A stretch of 64,000 nt of DNA from the human T2T-CHM13v2.0 reference genome, Homo sapiens, in the NCBI RefSeq assembly GCF_009914755.1, contig NC_060928.1; one strand, 5' to 3'. Below the pieces are notes generated by a model that was not told where the DNA came from, ran no database searches, and saw only the letters and a list, made by a program, of their open reading frames with translations. Shown piece after piece: positions 33,295 through 46,985 of the stretch. The position numbers were made by a program, and so were the translations under genes. Each line of letters starts with the position of its first letter. Position 1 is the first letter of the stretch.

Positions 33295-33480
33295 TTTTGT
33301 GCCTATGTACCAAACTCTTTTTTTTGGTGCTTAAAATACATTATTTAAGTTAATCTTCTGAAGTCATTTTGAGATAGATATTACTTAAATTTTAAATAGA
33401 AAACTACATCCGAGGAACCCAGGTGAATATGTGAAAAGTACACGTAATTATGTGGAAGAGCCAAGGTTCATTCTAATGCT
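33295..33480 (-). mobile_element. MIR-like fragment
   Basis: gcctatgtacca...taatcttctgaagtcattttgagatagatatt...ggaagagccaaggttc. Confidence 0.45.
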
Positions 33481-34375
33481 CAACTTCATTACTGACTGTT
33501 TTCTTTACAACATTTATCATAGTATTTACAGACTACAAAGTAACATAATGGAAAATATTGAGGAAGAAATTTAGATGTAGCTTAATTATTTGTGAATGCA
33601 TACAACTCAATTGTGGAATAGTATTAAAAAATCAAACTACTGAACTTAAATACCAATTAATATGTTTGTCAAAATTATTTATCCAAAATATAACCAGTTA
33701 ACGTTGAATATCAGTGAAGCATATATTAGCTTTAATAGATTTTTAAAAAGTATAATATCTGACTTTCTGAATATAAGCTCTACATTGGTAAAATTATTTT
33801 CAAATTTGGTGTATAGTAATTGCTCAGGTATAAAAAGGCAGATATTTCAGGCAGAATATTCTTGCCCCTTTCTTGTTAGCATTTTGTATGTTAAAACAGT
33901 AAAAATTATTAGATGCTGTTCTCTAAGTATCTATCAACAGTGAATCTACAAAGTTATTTGAGTTTGATGTACCAATATTGTAGCATATACTTGGAAAAGC
34001 GAAGATAACAATTTATTGTAATATTAAATTATGATATAACTTTGATATTATAAATTTTCAAGGAAAAATACATCAAATTGCTAGAGTTTTTTTCAGCAAT
34101 GCTAAGTAAAGCAATGAGGTCCTCAAGAAAGGAAGATACTAACATTGAATTTAACTCATTTAATAATTTGCTGAGGAATGCAACAACAGGTATATTTTGA
34201 TTTCTCATTAAAATCCTGTCTGTTGAATTTTCAACTTCCACTCAGAAAACATTTCTTAAAACACAAGAGAAAAGAATCAAATAGATAAAAGTTCAAACAG
34301 GTATTACGTACAATTAAAATTTCCAAATGTTTTCTATGTTTTTCTCATTAAGTTTTCATGTTTTATCAAAGTTGC

Positions 34376-34381
34376 TTTATT
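34376..34381 (-). promoter_or_regulatory. Candidate polyadenylation signal AATAAA
   Basis: About 210 nt after the stop of the spliced ORF. The hexamer is common in AT-rich DNA. Confidence 0.3.
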
Positions 34382-34588
34382 ACATTATGAATATTTTCCT
34401 TGCCCAGTGCCACCCATACTCCACTTTTGTCGAAGAGTATCCCTTTCACCCCATTTGATATTCTCTACTTAAACCATTACGGGGGACAGATACCAAAGAT
34501 GACCACCTCTCAGTAATGACACTAGACCCCTCTCCATCTCTGAGATAATTTTTGTCAGGGCACATGACTCTTATTATACCAGCCGCAA

Positions 34589-34684
34589 TCACTCCAACAC
34601 TGTGAGAACTATCCTGAGATGCTTCAAATTGTGTCCTTTGCTTTCCAGAATCACAGCCCACAATCTATGCTGGACTACTCGTAA
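34589..34684 (-). CDS. Candidate exon 4 (terminal, coding part LRVVQHRLW…VLTVLE*) of the putative 163-aa spliced ORF
   Basis: Acceptor ccctctctgtttgtAG|TTA. In frame with exon 3. Minus-strand AATAAA at 34376-34381. Confidence 0.35.
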   Translation of the reverse strand, partial: LRVVQHRLWAVILESKGHNLKHLRIVLTVLE

Positions 34685-35095
34685 CTACAAACAGAGAGGG
34701 AGCAAAAGATCATCCCTTATAAAAATTTTATCTTCTAGAAATGGGTAGTAACAAATGATCGGGTATTTTTTTTTAACACTAATACAGTTTGACATCTAAT
34801 GCAAAAAATCAATTTTCTCCAGATTTAAATAAGAAGATCTTCTCCAGATAATAAAATCCTCAATTATTCTGGAGTATGAAGCAGAAAAATCCCATAATTT
34901 TCAATAGCCAATATCTCAAAATATACTATCAGTATGTTGTACAGAATTAAATCCACATCTTTTTTTTTTTCTCTATATTTATGCAGAACACATTACCTTA
35001 GGTCATTATTAGTATAAGGAAGGAAATGAGAAACAAGGTATTTTACGGGTGCATTAAAGCGTTGATTTCTATATCTGTAAACGACCTTTAAATAG

Positions 35096-35476
<381 letters not shown>

Positions 35477-35818
35477 TAATGTTTAATATTTCTTACATTT
35501 AACCTTGACTACGACCATCCATATTTTAAAAGCCCTGATAATCCCCAAAGAAAAAACACTTCTTAAGTATGATTATAGAGTTGCTGGAAATTATCTGAAC
35601 ATAAACCTCTCCCCACTCCCTTATTTTTCCCAAGCAATGTTATCTGAAACTGATGAAACTTTTTATTTGAAATCTTGTTCTTTCCAGAACTATTGATCTA
35701 CTATATGGATACCCCAGATGTATCACAAAGGCAGAGAAGAAAGTAAAGCTCCTCTGCAGATTTAATGCATAGGTTGGGGTTTTAGTTTTAATTTAGTAAC
35801 AACAGCAGGATTAGTCTA

Positions 35819-36160
<342 letters not shown>

Positions 36161-36711
36161 CTAGAATTTACTTATAACCATCTAATGCACTCCTTTCCTT
36201 CCCACACAAGATTTCAAGTCATTATGGTTTTATTCTTAATTTCTTAATTCCTATCTTTGCAGCTAATCAATACTTCCTAAAATGGACATGTGTCCAGCAG
36301 AATAGTTAGGATTCTTCAGTAGGTCAAAGACTAGTCCAAGAAGTATTCTGGCCAAGACATGATGGAACTGATGGAAATGTTATTTTTTCCCCTTCTTTTT
36401 ACTCTAAGGAAACACGACTGAAAGTAGAAATACTTCTACCTAAAAATGTTTAAGGTAACCAAGGTTATTAATCCAATGTCATTCAATGCCACAATAGCCT
36501 GGTTGGCACATAAAAACCTTGCAGTGCCATATTTAATCACATTAGCAAGTCCAATAAGAAGTATCATAAGGAGAAATACATAGTAATACTATATCATACC
36601 AACTACAACCAAAATATTCCTGATCAGATGAAAGCTTTCTCTAAATAAAAAATCAATTTTGTGAAATGGTAAGGAGAGAGAAGTGTATAAAATCTGTATG
36701 AAATCTCTCAC

Positions 36712-36914
36712 CTTTTCTTCAGGGTTCTCTGCTAGATGGATAGGCTTCTCGAACCCTTTCAAACTGTCAAACTGTCCTCTACAAAGCATCTTGTTATTGT
36801 TCTTTCTTCCTACCTTGACCCTAATGACTACATTCTTCACACTTTGCCATTGTTTCCCAAGCTTACACTTCAAAAAGGATACTGTCCTCTTCTCTTCTAT
36901 TACTGAACATACAC
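36712..36914 (-). CDS. Candidate exon 3 (203 nt, GVCSVIEEK…AENPEEK)
   Basis: tttgtcAG|GT acceptor and AAG|GTGAGA donor. Open throughout, within track ORF 36589-36921. Confidence 0.4.
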
Positions 36915-37129
36915 CTGACAAACTGCAGTGACAATATTCAATTCACAGAACCGCAGGTTTGACAAGCTCCAACCACAGCACATACACGTGAATTTAGAGG
37001 ACCTTATCTTAGATTACATTATACTATGCTTTTGTTTGTATTTTTATTTTCCAATGAATGTTAGCATTTTTATTGTTGATTGATCTCTGCACTTATTAAA
37101 GTATTTATCTTTGAACTACTTTTTTCAGC

Positions 37130-38370
37130 TTAGAAACGCAGATATCTGGCTAACATTATCTCCCAGCCAGCAAAAAAATTGGTGAGTATATTCCAAGGTA
37201 ACACATTTTCTTGACTCCATAAAAGAATTGAGGTCATAAGGCAAGCAACCAACCTGAAAACGTGAAACAGAGAGTCCCATACCTGCAGATTAAACCAGAT
37301 TCCAAGCATTTATTTTCCTGGGGAAGATGCCACCAGAACTTATAGAAGCCAACAGATAAATGAAACTGGAAATTTTAATGCATTGTTGGAGGATGAATGT
37401 AGACTACCATGAAAGTAGGATGTCTACAGAGGAACATTGATATTTGGGTTCCTACTCATTTTCAGGCTTTTCCTCTGGGAAATCCATCAGGTTTTCCTGG
37501 AGAGGATCAGAGACATTGTGCTGGCTTCAGGAAAACATCAACCACTACTGAAATCTGCTTACATCCTCTATCTCCCTTGTAGAATAAAGAGTGTAATCTC
37601 TAGGGAGAAGAACACTGAGGCCTACATGGTACAGGCAAGTCCAAGAATCTCAGAGAATATCAAACAAGAAAAATAACAAATCCCAGTCTCTAAAAACAGC
37701 ATGTGCAAAATCAAAAACGAAGAAAAAATCTTGAAGGCAGCTCGGGGATCGTGGTGGTAGTGTGCAGACAGAGGCAAAATAATAAGAATTACAGCAGACT
37801 TTTCATCAGAAACAACATAAGCCATAAAATAATGAAGATAATGAAAAAAAAGTTGGAATGTTAGACACAGCAAAAAAATCCTTCAAAAGAGGAAAAAAGC
37901 CAGGTGCGATGGCTCACGCCTGTAATCCCAGAACTTTGGGAGGCTGAGGTGGGTGGATCACCCAAGGTCAGGAGTTGGAGACCAGCCTGGCCAACATGGC
38001 AAAACGCCATCTCTACTAAAAATAAAAAAAAAATTAAAAAAATTAGCCAGGCGTGGTGGCAGGTGCCTGTAGTCCCAGCTACTGGGAGGCTGAGGCTGGA
38101 GAATTGCTTGAACCGAGGAGGGGGAGGTTTCAGTGAGCCGAGACCATGCCTTTGCATTCCAGCAGGTGAAACTCCGTCTCAAAACAACAACAACAAAAAT
38201 ATAGAGTTTCTCAGGCAAACAATAACTGAGAAGGAATTTATTGCCAAACCCAGTTACCCTATAAGAAATGTTAAAGGAAGCTCTTTGGTCAGTACAAAGA
38301 TAGCATAGGTCAGAGCCTCGGACCTGCACAAAGCAATAATGAGTCAGAAATGTAATAAATGAAAGCAAAG
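37130..38370 (+). mobile_element. Old L1M 5'/ORF1 fragments
   Basis: ORF1-like aaaatcttgaaggcagc...agaattacagcagacttttcatcagaaac...agaaatgttaaaggaag. Confidence 0.65.
37898..38199 (+). mobile_element. AluS
   Basis: Full dimer with a (CAA)-type tail. Confidence 0.93.
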
Positions 38371-41137
38371 CCTTCTATTTCCTACTGAATAAATGTGGCT
38401 ATACAAATTACTAAATAAAAATGTTTCCCTTTCTGGAACATATTTAGAAAACTCTACCTTCTACAATATTGGCTCCATAAGATAAAATTTTTAGGATTCA
38501 AAACCTGAAGTCTATTTATACTAATAAAAAATATTTGACAAAGCCTGAGATTCTTGGTGAATAGATGTCCAGTGGTTAGAAAAAACAGCCAATCATATAT
38601 GGGGATTATACAATTCCAAAATACTATTAAAGCTATTCCTTAAGTCATTGATTAAGACTGACATTTTTTTTTCTGAAAATTACAGGATAAACTTCACTAA
38701 AATTATGAAATTTACAATCTTTTATGAAAAGTACAAAAAGGGAAAGGTTGAGAACCACAACTAGACTTTAGAACCTCAAGTATGTCATTCAGAACTAAAT
38801 ATGGATTCGGATTTATGCTGTTTTTCACCATAGAGGGGAAAAGGCACATTTTTTTTTCTTTTTCAGAGAAAATCTGAAAGTCAAAACAATTTCAGAAGGA
38901 AAATGACTTGTCACTGTAATCTTTTTGATACTATAGGGCTATATTTTTGGTAAGTACAATGTGCATATGCAAATAAAGTGGTCATGGTATTTCAGTCCAT
39001 TTGAATGAAACTAAACACATGCCAAAATACTAAATTTCATATTTTTTAACATATTGTGAATTATTACACTAGGATTTTTAAAAGCTCAAAGTCTTAATTT
39101 TAGCTTTTTCCTCCTATTTGTACATCTAATGGAATCTATTTTATATAATGTAGCTTCTTTCCTGAGCAGACTTTTGTAGAAGATGCAATAATTTTATGGC
39201 TTGATTAGTACAAAAAGATTTCGAAAGCTGCATAACAAACTATAATTATCTCATTTTCCTCTATTGTTTGCAACTACTGTACGTATACTCATTGCTCTCT
39301 TCCATATGTATAATTAACAAATATAGCCAAAATTTTCCAAGTCACAGAACTATAAATTAGTAGGAAGATTCAAGTGTGTGAATTTCTTAAAAAGAAAATG
39401 TTTTCTATCAGTAAAAGACCTCATCTCTTCTTAGGGCATCCAACTTTGCATTAAAAATTGTTGCTAAAATAAACAGCTGAAGATCACATTTAAATCCACA
39501 AGGTTTTCGCTGTTAGATTAGCAATTCCAAATAAAAAGTTGTAAGAAATTAAGATGGCTCATAAATTTATTTAAAATATACTTGACTACTAGATGCTACA
39601 AATCACATAATATACAAATCTGAAGCCAGTATGAACTCTGCTTTAAAGTACTGAAAGTAAGATAGAAATAATGCTCTACCAAATAGGTATATTATGAGAA
39701 TTTAAAGAAGTTTTAGAGCTCTAATTTTGTTATCACAAATAAAGCTTTCTTGCCTGGCAGCTTTGAGTTAAATCTTTAATGAATTTGATTTGGCTAGACT
39801 TCGAATTTTATCATTAAATCTAATGGCAGGCTGGGTTATGACCTCCGGTTTGTAATTTCCACTTTTTGCTTGGATGCCTGAAGCACTCCATGATATTGGA
39901 ATTCAGTAATATAACCAAGTTAAATAAGTCATTCAATATAAAGTTTTCCCCAGTACAGAATGTCAGGCTAATCTGCATCTTAAAGTTTTCCTTAATTCAG
40001 AGAAATATTTTTCTGTTAAATATTTCAAAATATTTTTTCAGTTCTATTAATTGGATATTCAATTTCATTAAAATAATTTGAAACACCTTCCAAAACTAGT
40101 AATAAGGTAGGAAAAAACCTCACTTGAAAAAGAAAAATATATCCCCAAAGTAACAAAAAGATTACAGTGACAAGCCATTTTCCTTCTGAAACTGTTTTGA
40201 CCGTCAGATTTTCTCCGAAAAAGAAAAAAAAATGACAGCAAGTTCTTTGGTATATTTCCAAATATTTTCTATTTTTGTACTTATGAAACAACAACAGACA
40301 CATATACATACCTATTTTTACATATATGGCAATATATGTTTTCACTTAATATTTATCTGATTATTCCATGTCAGTAAGTAAAAGTATGCCTACATACCTT
40401 TTTAAAATTACTATGTAGTATTTTATAGTACTGTATAGGGATTCTACGTTTTGTTTAACCAGTTCTTTATGTCACAATAAATATATTTGTATAAATATAT
40501 TTTTGCATAGGTTGGCTAAAGTCTTAGTAGTGTAAATGTCTTTATCAAAGAATATAATAATTCTTATCTGATAAGTATTACCAAATTACCCTCCAAAGAA
40601 AGTGTACCAAAATATGGTCCACCAATAATATATGAGAATATGAGGGTGCCAATTTTCTCATAAGTCATTATATATTGACTTCTGAAATCTGTAATTATCT
40701 TTTATCTTATGTCTATTTTTCTCTGAATGGATTGCAATTCACCTCAACATCTATTTTAATGTCAATAATTCAATTTTTAACTGTTTATAATTAATTCTGT
40801 AACTTACATTATTTACTAGTTCCAATATTGGTTCCTTAACATAACAACATTGCAATATTACAATGCACATCAATTTTTATTGAATTCCTCAGTTATAACC
40901 TATTTAAACCATTATTTTATTGAACTTTTGTTTTTTATTACCTTTTCTATATTGTGAGGCAATGAATTTATCCTCCATAGATTTTATTTCCAGGCTGTTA
41001 TTTTGCAGCTTATATGCTTCGTTTCATTTTTCTCTTATTATGCTAGACTATGTGTGATTCATTGTCGTTTGTGGTTTTGCTAATTCTTAATATGAATAAT
41101 TTGGCATATGTCTTCTATTTGGTTTAATAGCGTAGAT

Positions 41138-41606
41138 CAGTGGTTCCCAAACTTATTGGCATCAGGGACCATTTTCGTGGAAGACAATTTTTCCACAGAC
41201 TGGGGTGGGAAGGGGAATGGTCTACACTTAATGTGCACGTTATTTCTGTTATTATTACATTGTAATATATAATGAAATAATTTTACAACTCACCATAACG
41301 TAGAATCAGTGGGATCCCTGAGCTTATTTTCCCTCAACTAGATGGTCCTATCTGGGGGTGATGGAAGACGGTAACAGATCATCAGGCATTAAATTCTCAT
41401 ACGGAGCTCAATCTAGATCCTTGCATGTGCGGTTTGTGCCCTTATGAGAATCTGATCTCACAAGAGGCGGCAATGCAAGTGATGGGAGTGGCTGTAAAGG
41501 CAGACGAAGCTTTGCTCGCTTGCCCACCACGGGTCCTGCTGTGCGGCCTGTTTCCTAAAGGGTCAGAGACCAGTACGGTCTGTGGCCCCGGGGCTGGGGA
41601 CCCCTA
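41138..41606 (-). mobile_element. MER1A-like hAT-Charlie element
   Basis: TIRs cagtggttcccaa…ggggacccct and 8-bp TSD gcgtagat / acgtagag. Confidence 0.88.
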
Positions 41607-41995
41607 ACGTAGAGGACTTCTCTTTGTTACCATTCACAAGCATTATTTGGTACTTGTTTTCCTCTCTTAGTTACATCTTGAAAACCTACCTATAGGAGAG
41701 GATACTTTTGTCATTAGCTAGTAATTCATTCTCTCTCCTCCCCTCGGAAAGAATTGGCCATTTGGTGTTTATTATCTCAGAAGAGAGATACGAATTTGAA
41801 AATCAGAGGTAAAAAAAAATTACCAGTTTTGATTTGTGCATATTCTCTGTCAAAGTTAACAATACATTACAGTAAGGAATCACAGCTAGAATTCAATTAG
41901 ATCACAAATAAGATTTACATAGCCTACTAATGTTGGAAATAGTTTGGCTATCTGGATTGCAGATATTCACAAACGATATATACTTATCCCAATAC

Positions 41996-42056
41996 CTCTG
42001 TGAAATGGGGCCTTTTTCTGCTGATCCAGTGATAGTAGAAACAGCAAGTGGTGTTC
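41996..42056 (-). CDS. Candidate exon 2 (61 nt, EHHLLFLLSLDQQKKAPFHR)
   Basis: ttatttAG|GAA acceptor and GAG|GTATTG donor. Its length bridges the phases of exons 1 and 3. Confidence 0.35.
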
Positions 42057-42099
42057 CTAAATAATGATTATATGACAACCATTGTGATGCCATTATTTA

Positions 42100-42619
42100 T
42101 TTCCATGTTTTATTTATTTCAGTAATGGTGTTAATTTTTGTTTGAGGTTGTGATCAATTTCTTTATTACAAATTCTTCAGATTTTTTTATTTATTTTTAA
42201 ATCAAGTTTGATAAGTTTATTTTTCAGGAAATTTAAAATTAATTCAAAATATCAAAATTCAAATGACAATGTTATTCAAATTACCATGTTATGACAAATA
42301 CACATATAAATACAAAATTATCAATTTTGGATTTTTAGGTTTATTTGTCACAACGTGGTTCATAATAGCCTTTCACAAATTTTTTTATTTCTGTGGGTCT
42401 CCACTATGATGTCCTCTTTTTCAGTCTTGGTATTGACTGTAGGTATGGACACCTGCATTCTCTCTGTCTCTCATTTTGTAATTTTTCAATTTTATCAGAC
42501 TTTTGATTCTTTTGAATCAACTCATAACTTTGCTGATCTTGTTTCTTGTATTTTTGTCCTCTACATTAATTCCTTATTTTCTTAATTCTTTCCTATATTT
42601 TCATTGAGTTTAATCTGAA
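42100..42619 (-). mobile_element. Old L1M fragment (continues at 46986)
   Basis: Antisense ORF2-like T-rich sequence, collinear with 46986 onward. Confidence 0.6.
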
Positions 42620-42693
42620 GTTTTTTTTGTTTGGTTGGTTTTTGTTGTTTTGAGACAGTCTCCCTCTGTAGCCCAGGCTGGAATGCACTGGCA
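42620..42693 (-). mobile_element. Alu 3' tail fragment only
   Basis: T-rich tail, then gagacagtctccctctgtagcccaggctggaatgcactggca, then an abrupt end. Confidence 0.85.
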
Positions 42694-44171
42694 TTAAGAA
42701 GGATTGCCCAGGAAGCAAAAGGAAGCTACCTCAACCCTGTCCAGCCTGTGTTGGAGACAACTGGGATGTGGACTGTCCCTGGAGGCATAGGTCACCAGGG
42801 CCACAGCCAGCCTCACAAATGGTCCAGCAGGACTGATGTGTCACGGGGCTCCTCTTCCTGATTCCAACAGCTCAGACTGTCATTACAATCTAGGAGCTTT
42901 GGGTGATTCTGGAGGTTGAAGGGAGGAAGGTGGGAAAGTTTGAAGTGAAAAATCAATTTTGTTTGGCAAATATGTCATTTGACTTCCAAATTATTGCATT
43001 TTAGATAAGTATTTCTTAAAAAGTTACAGGTGGACTCTGGAAAATATTTACTGGATAAAGTTATTTTAACTAATTTTGTTTATATCTTTAGAGATTATAG
43101 AGACAGTAGTTTATAATAAATTGTAAACTAAGAAATTAATACAATTAAAATTAACAACACTTTTTTAATGTTACCATTGATGTTTCTTTCCTAATGAGCA
43201 CATTAAATATGAATTTGATATGAATGAATGTGGTACCAATAGTTTTGAATTTAAAATATGTAACTTATGAGATCCTTATGGTAGCTAAATACTTTACATC
43301 ATTTTTCTCTACTACAATTAATGTGAAAATTCCTTTTGCAGTATAAGCACTTTTACCTTTAGTTTTCACTTTGAACAAATGTTGAATTTATATAATTTAA
43401 TTCTGCTCTGCCCTTTTCTTCCTAGGCTTACACAATAAACATGATACAATCTGTAATTATTAATAGAGGTAATAATACACTCATTGAAATTATGGAGTCA
43501 TAATCAATTTTAAGTAAGTCATACAATCATAATACACTATATATTTTGATTAATTAGAAAAACAGAATTTGAAAAATATATAATTGGGTGAACACATATC
43601 AAGTATTTGGTGACTTGTGAACCCATGGTTTTTGTAATATTGTCTGGAATCATTGAGCAGCTCTTACATGTTTAATCTTTCAAAGACCAAGTTATTCAAT
43701 ATTCATCTAAATTCAAGTATTTGGCACAGTGTTTTCGGTACTGGGATTATATTTGTGAACAAGAAACAAATGTGCTCTTCTCTCATAATGCTGGTAATAC
43801 AGTACAGTACAGATATTAGATGATTAAACAACTACATACTTTTACTGTTAAATAGTTGAAAATGGAAAAACATAAAATAACACTAAGTGTGTGGGTTTTA
43901 GAGACAACAGCATTGATTCAAGGCCCCTCCTAACAACTTTTAATAACAATAGAATTTGCTATCTTTAAAAACTTAATTTCATATTTCCAAATGTACAAAA
44001 GTTCCTACTTACTGCAACTATTTTGAAGATTGATTAAGCTAATTTATATTAGCTCCTTAGCATATAATAAATGTTAAAAGTACTAGCTCATTTTGAGGGG
44101 GACAAAATTCTTATTTTAAAGAGAGAAAATCCTGCAAACAATTTCTTGAATTTTTTCCTGAAAATTTACTT

Positions 44172-46685
44172 TAAAAAATAAATTTTATTGTATAGATTCG
44201 AAGTTTACCACATGATGTTATGGGATACATATAGATATTAAAATGGTTACTATACTGAAGCAGATCATCTCACTCACATAGTTCCTTTTTGTAACAAGAG
44301 CAAATCCCTAATACAGACCAATGTTATTAACTATAGTCCTCATGTTGTACATTAGATATACAGACTTGTTCATCCTACGTTTGCCACTTTTATTCTTTGT
44401 CTTACATCTTCCCATTTTCTTCTCCACCTCTAGCCCATAGTAAGCATGGTTTTATTTTCCATCTTTGTTTAATTGACTTTGTTTTGGATTCCACAAATAT
44501 GTGAGAAAATGCAATGTTTTTCTTTCTGTGGTTTATTTCGCTTAGTGTAATGTCCTACAGGTTCATCCATGTTGTGGCAAATGGCAGGATTTTATTCTTT
44601 TTAATGACTGAATAATATTCCACTATATATATCTATATCTCACACTTTATTCATTTGTCTGTGTAGACATTTAGGTTGTTTTCCATGTTTGGCTACCATG
44701 AATAATGCTGCAATGAACATATTTTTAGGAGGTGGTGATTACACCTCCTTTGGGTATATACCCAGAAGAGGAATTGCTGAGCTGTGTGGTAATTCTATTT
44801 TTAATTTGTTAAGGAACTGCCATACTGTTTTACATTATGGATGTACCTATCTGCATTCCCACCAACAGTGTGCTAAGGTTCTCTTTTATCCATAACCTCA
44901 CCAATATTTATCTCTTGTCTATTAGATAAAAGTCATCATAATAAGCGTGAAATAATGTCTCATAATAGTTTTAATTTTCATTTTCCTGCTGATTAGTGAT
45001 GTTGAGCACCTTTTCATACATTTGCTGGCCATTGTTGTATTTTTCATTGAAGAAATGTCTATCCAGGGCCTTTGCTCTTTTTTAAACCAGGTTCTTTTTC
45101 TGCTATTAAGTGGTATGAGTTCTTTATAAGTTTTAGATATTAACCCTATATCAGATATGTAGTTTACAATTTTTTCCAGTCCATAGTTTACCCTTTTATT
45201 TGCTGATCATTTCCTTTGCTGTCCAGAATTTTTTCAGTCTCATGTGGAATCATTTATTTAATTTTGCTTTTGTAGCCTAGGCTTTTGCTGTGAAATTAAA
45301 AAAAAAATCATTGCCAAGGCCAATGTGAGGGAGCTTTCCCCTGTGTTCTCCCCCAGGAGTTTTATGGTTACACATCTTAAATCTTTTATCTATATTGAGT
45401 TTTTTTTTTGTATTGTATAACATAAGGGTCCAGTTTAATTCTTTTGCATGTGGAAATCCAGTTTTCCTGGCACCATTTATTGAAGAGACATTCTTTTCTT
45501 CATGTGTCTTCTTGATGACCTTGTGGAAGATTAGCTGATGATATATTCTTGGATTTATTTCTGGGCTATTTTGTTTCATTGGTTTGTGTTTTTGTTTTTA
45601 GGCCAGTATGATAGTATTTTGATTAATGAAATATAGCATATAATTTTAAATCAGGAATTGTGATGCCTCCAACTTTTCTTTCTCAGTATTGCTATTGTTA
45701 TTCAGGGTTTTTAGTGGTTCCATATAAATCTCTGCATTGTTTTTCCTGCTTCTGTGAGGAATACCATTGGAAGTTTGGTAGGAACTGCATTAAAACTGCA
45801 TATTCCTTTCCTTAGTATGGACATTTTAACAATATGTATCCTACTGGTCTATGAACAAGGAATTTCATTTCATTTTTGTGTCTTCTTCAATTCCTTTCAT
45901 CACTGCCTTATAGTTTTCAGTGTACAAATATCTCACCTCTTTGGTTAAATTTATTCCTACATTACTTTTTGATACTATCACAAATGGGACCACTCCCTTA
46001 ACTGCTTTTTCAGATCCATTGTTATTTTTGTATAAAAATGCTACAGATTTGTGTATGTTGATTTTGTATTCTGCAACTTTACTGGTCATTTGTTCTAAAA
46101 AATTTTTAATAGAATCTTTGAGGTTTTCTACATATAGGATCGTGCTATCTGTAATAGAGATAATTTTACTTCTTCCTTTCCAATTTGGATGCTTATTTTA
46201 TTTATTTGTTTTATGATTGCTCTTGCTAGCACTTTCAGTACTATGTTGAATATAAGTAGTGAGAGTGGGCATCCTTGCCTTGTACCAGACCTTAGTAGAA
46301 AAGTTTTTAGTTGTTTCCCATCGATCATAATGTTAGTTGTGTCATTTTTGTAAATGGCTCTTATTATGCTGGGAAACTTTCCCTCTACAGTTAAACCATT
46401 AAAAGCATTTTTTATCAAGAAGGTATGCTGAACCTTGTCAAATGTTTCTTCTGCATCAACTGAGATAATCATATGGTTTTCATCTTTCATTCTGTTAATG
46501 TTATATATCACTTTAATTGATTTGCATATATGAAAGCAGACTTGTATGTCAGGGATCAATCCCACTTGGTCATGATGTGTAATTTTCTTCATATGTTGTT
46601 GAATTCAGTTTGCAAATATTTTATTGAAGATTTTTGCATTAATGTTTATCAGAGATATTGACCCATAGTTTTCTTTCCTTGTGTT
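44172..46685 (-). mobile_element. L1MA-type 3' UTR and ORF2 (RT half)
   Basis: Track ORF 46128-46592 gives HHDQVGLIP…[16 protein letters not shown]…[11 protein letters not shown]1MA 3' UTR at 44172-44500. Confidence 0.92.
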
Positions 46686-46697
46686 TTATTAAAATAC

Positions 46698-46985
46698 TTT
46701 TTTTTTTTTTTGATACGGAGTCTCGCTCTGTCGCCCAGGCTGGAATGCAGTGGCACAATCTTGGCTCACTGCAACCTCCACCTCCCAGGTTCAACCTGCT
46801 TCAGCCTCTCGAGTAACTGGGACTACAGGTGCCCAGCACCATGCCAGGCTAATTTTTTGTATTTTTAGTAGAGATGGGGTTTCATCGCATTAGCCAAGAT
46901 GGTCTTGATCTCCTGACCTCGTGATCCACCTGACTCGGCCTCCCAAAGTGCTGGGATTACAGGCGTGAGCCACCACACCCGGCCC
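46698..46985 (-). mobile_element. Alu (AluSc/Y-like, small internal deletion, possibly chimeric)
   Basis: Full antisense Alu. No TSD between its own two flanks. Confidence 0.93.

Noticed and set aside
34029-34241. Protein-looking 70-aa minus-strand ORF
   Set aside because: GTG start, no convincing donor site, and it lies beyond the candidate poly-A signal.
37904-38368. ORFs of 98-136 aa, and similar ones at 35171, 56731, 59824 and 16766
   Set aside because: Alu-derived reading frames.
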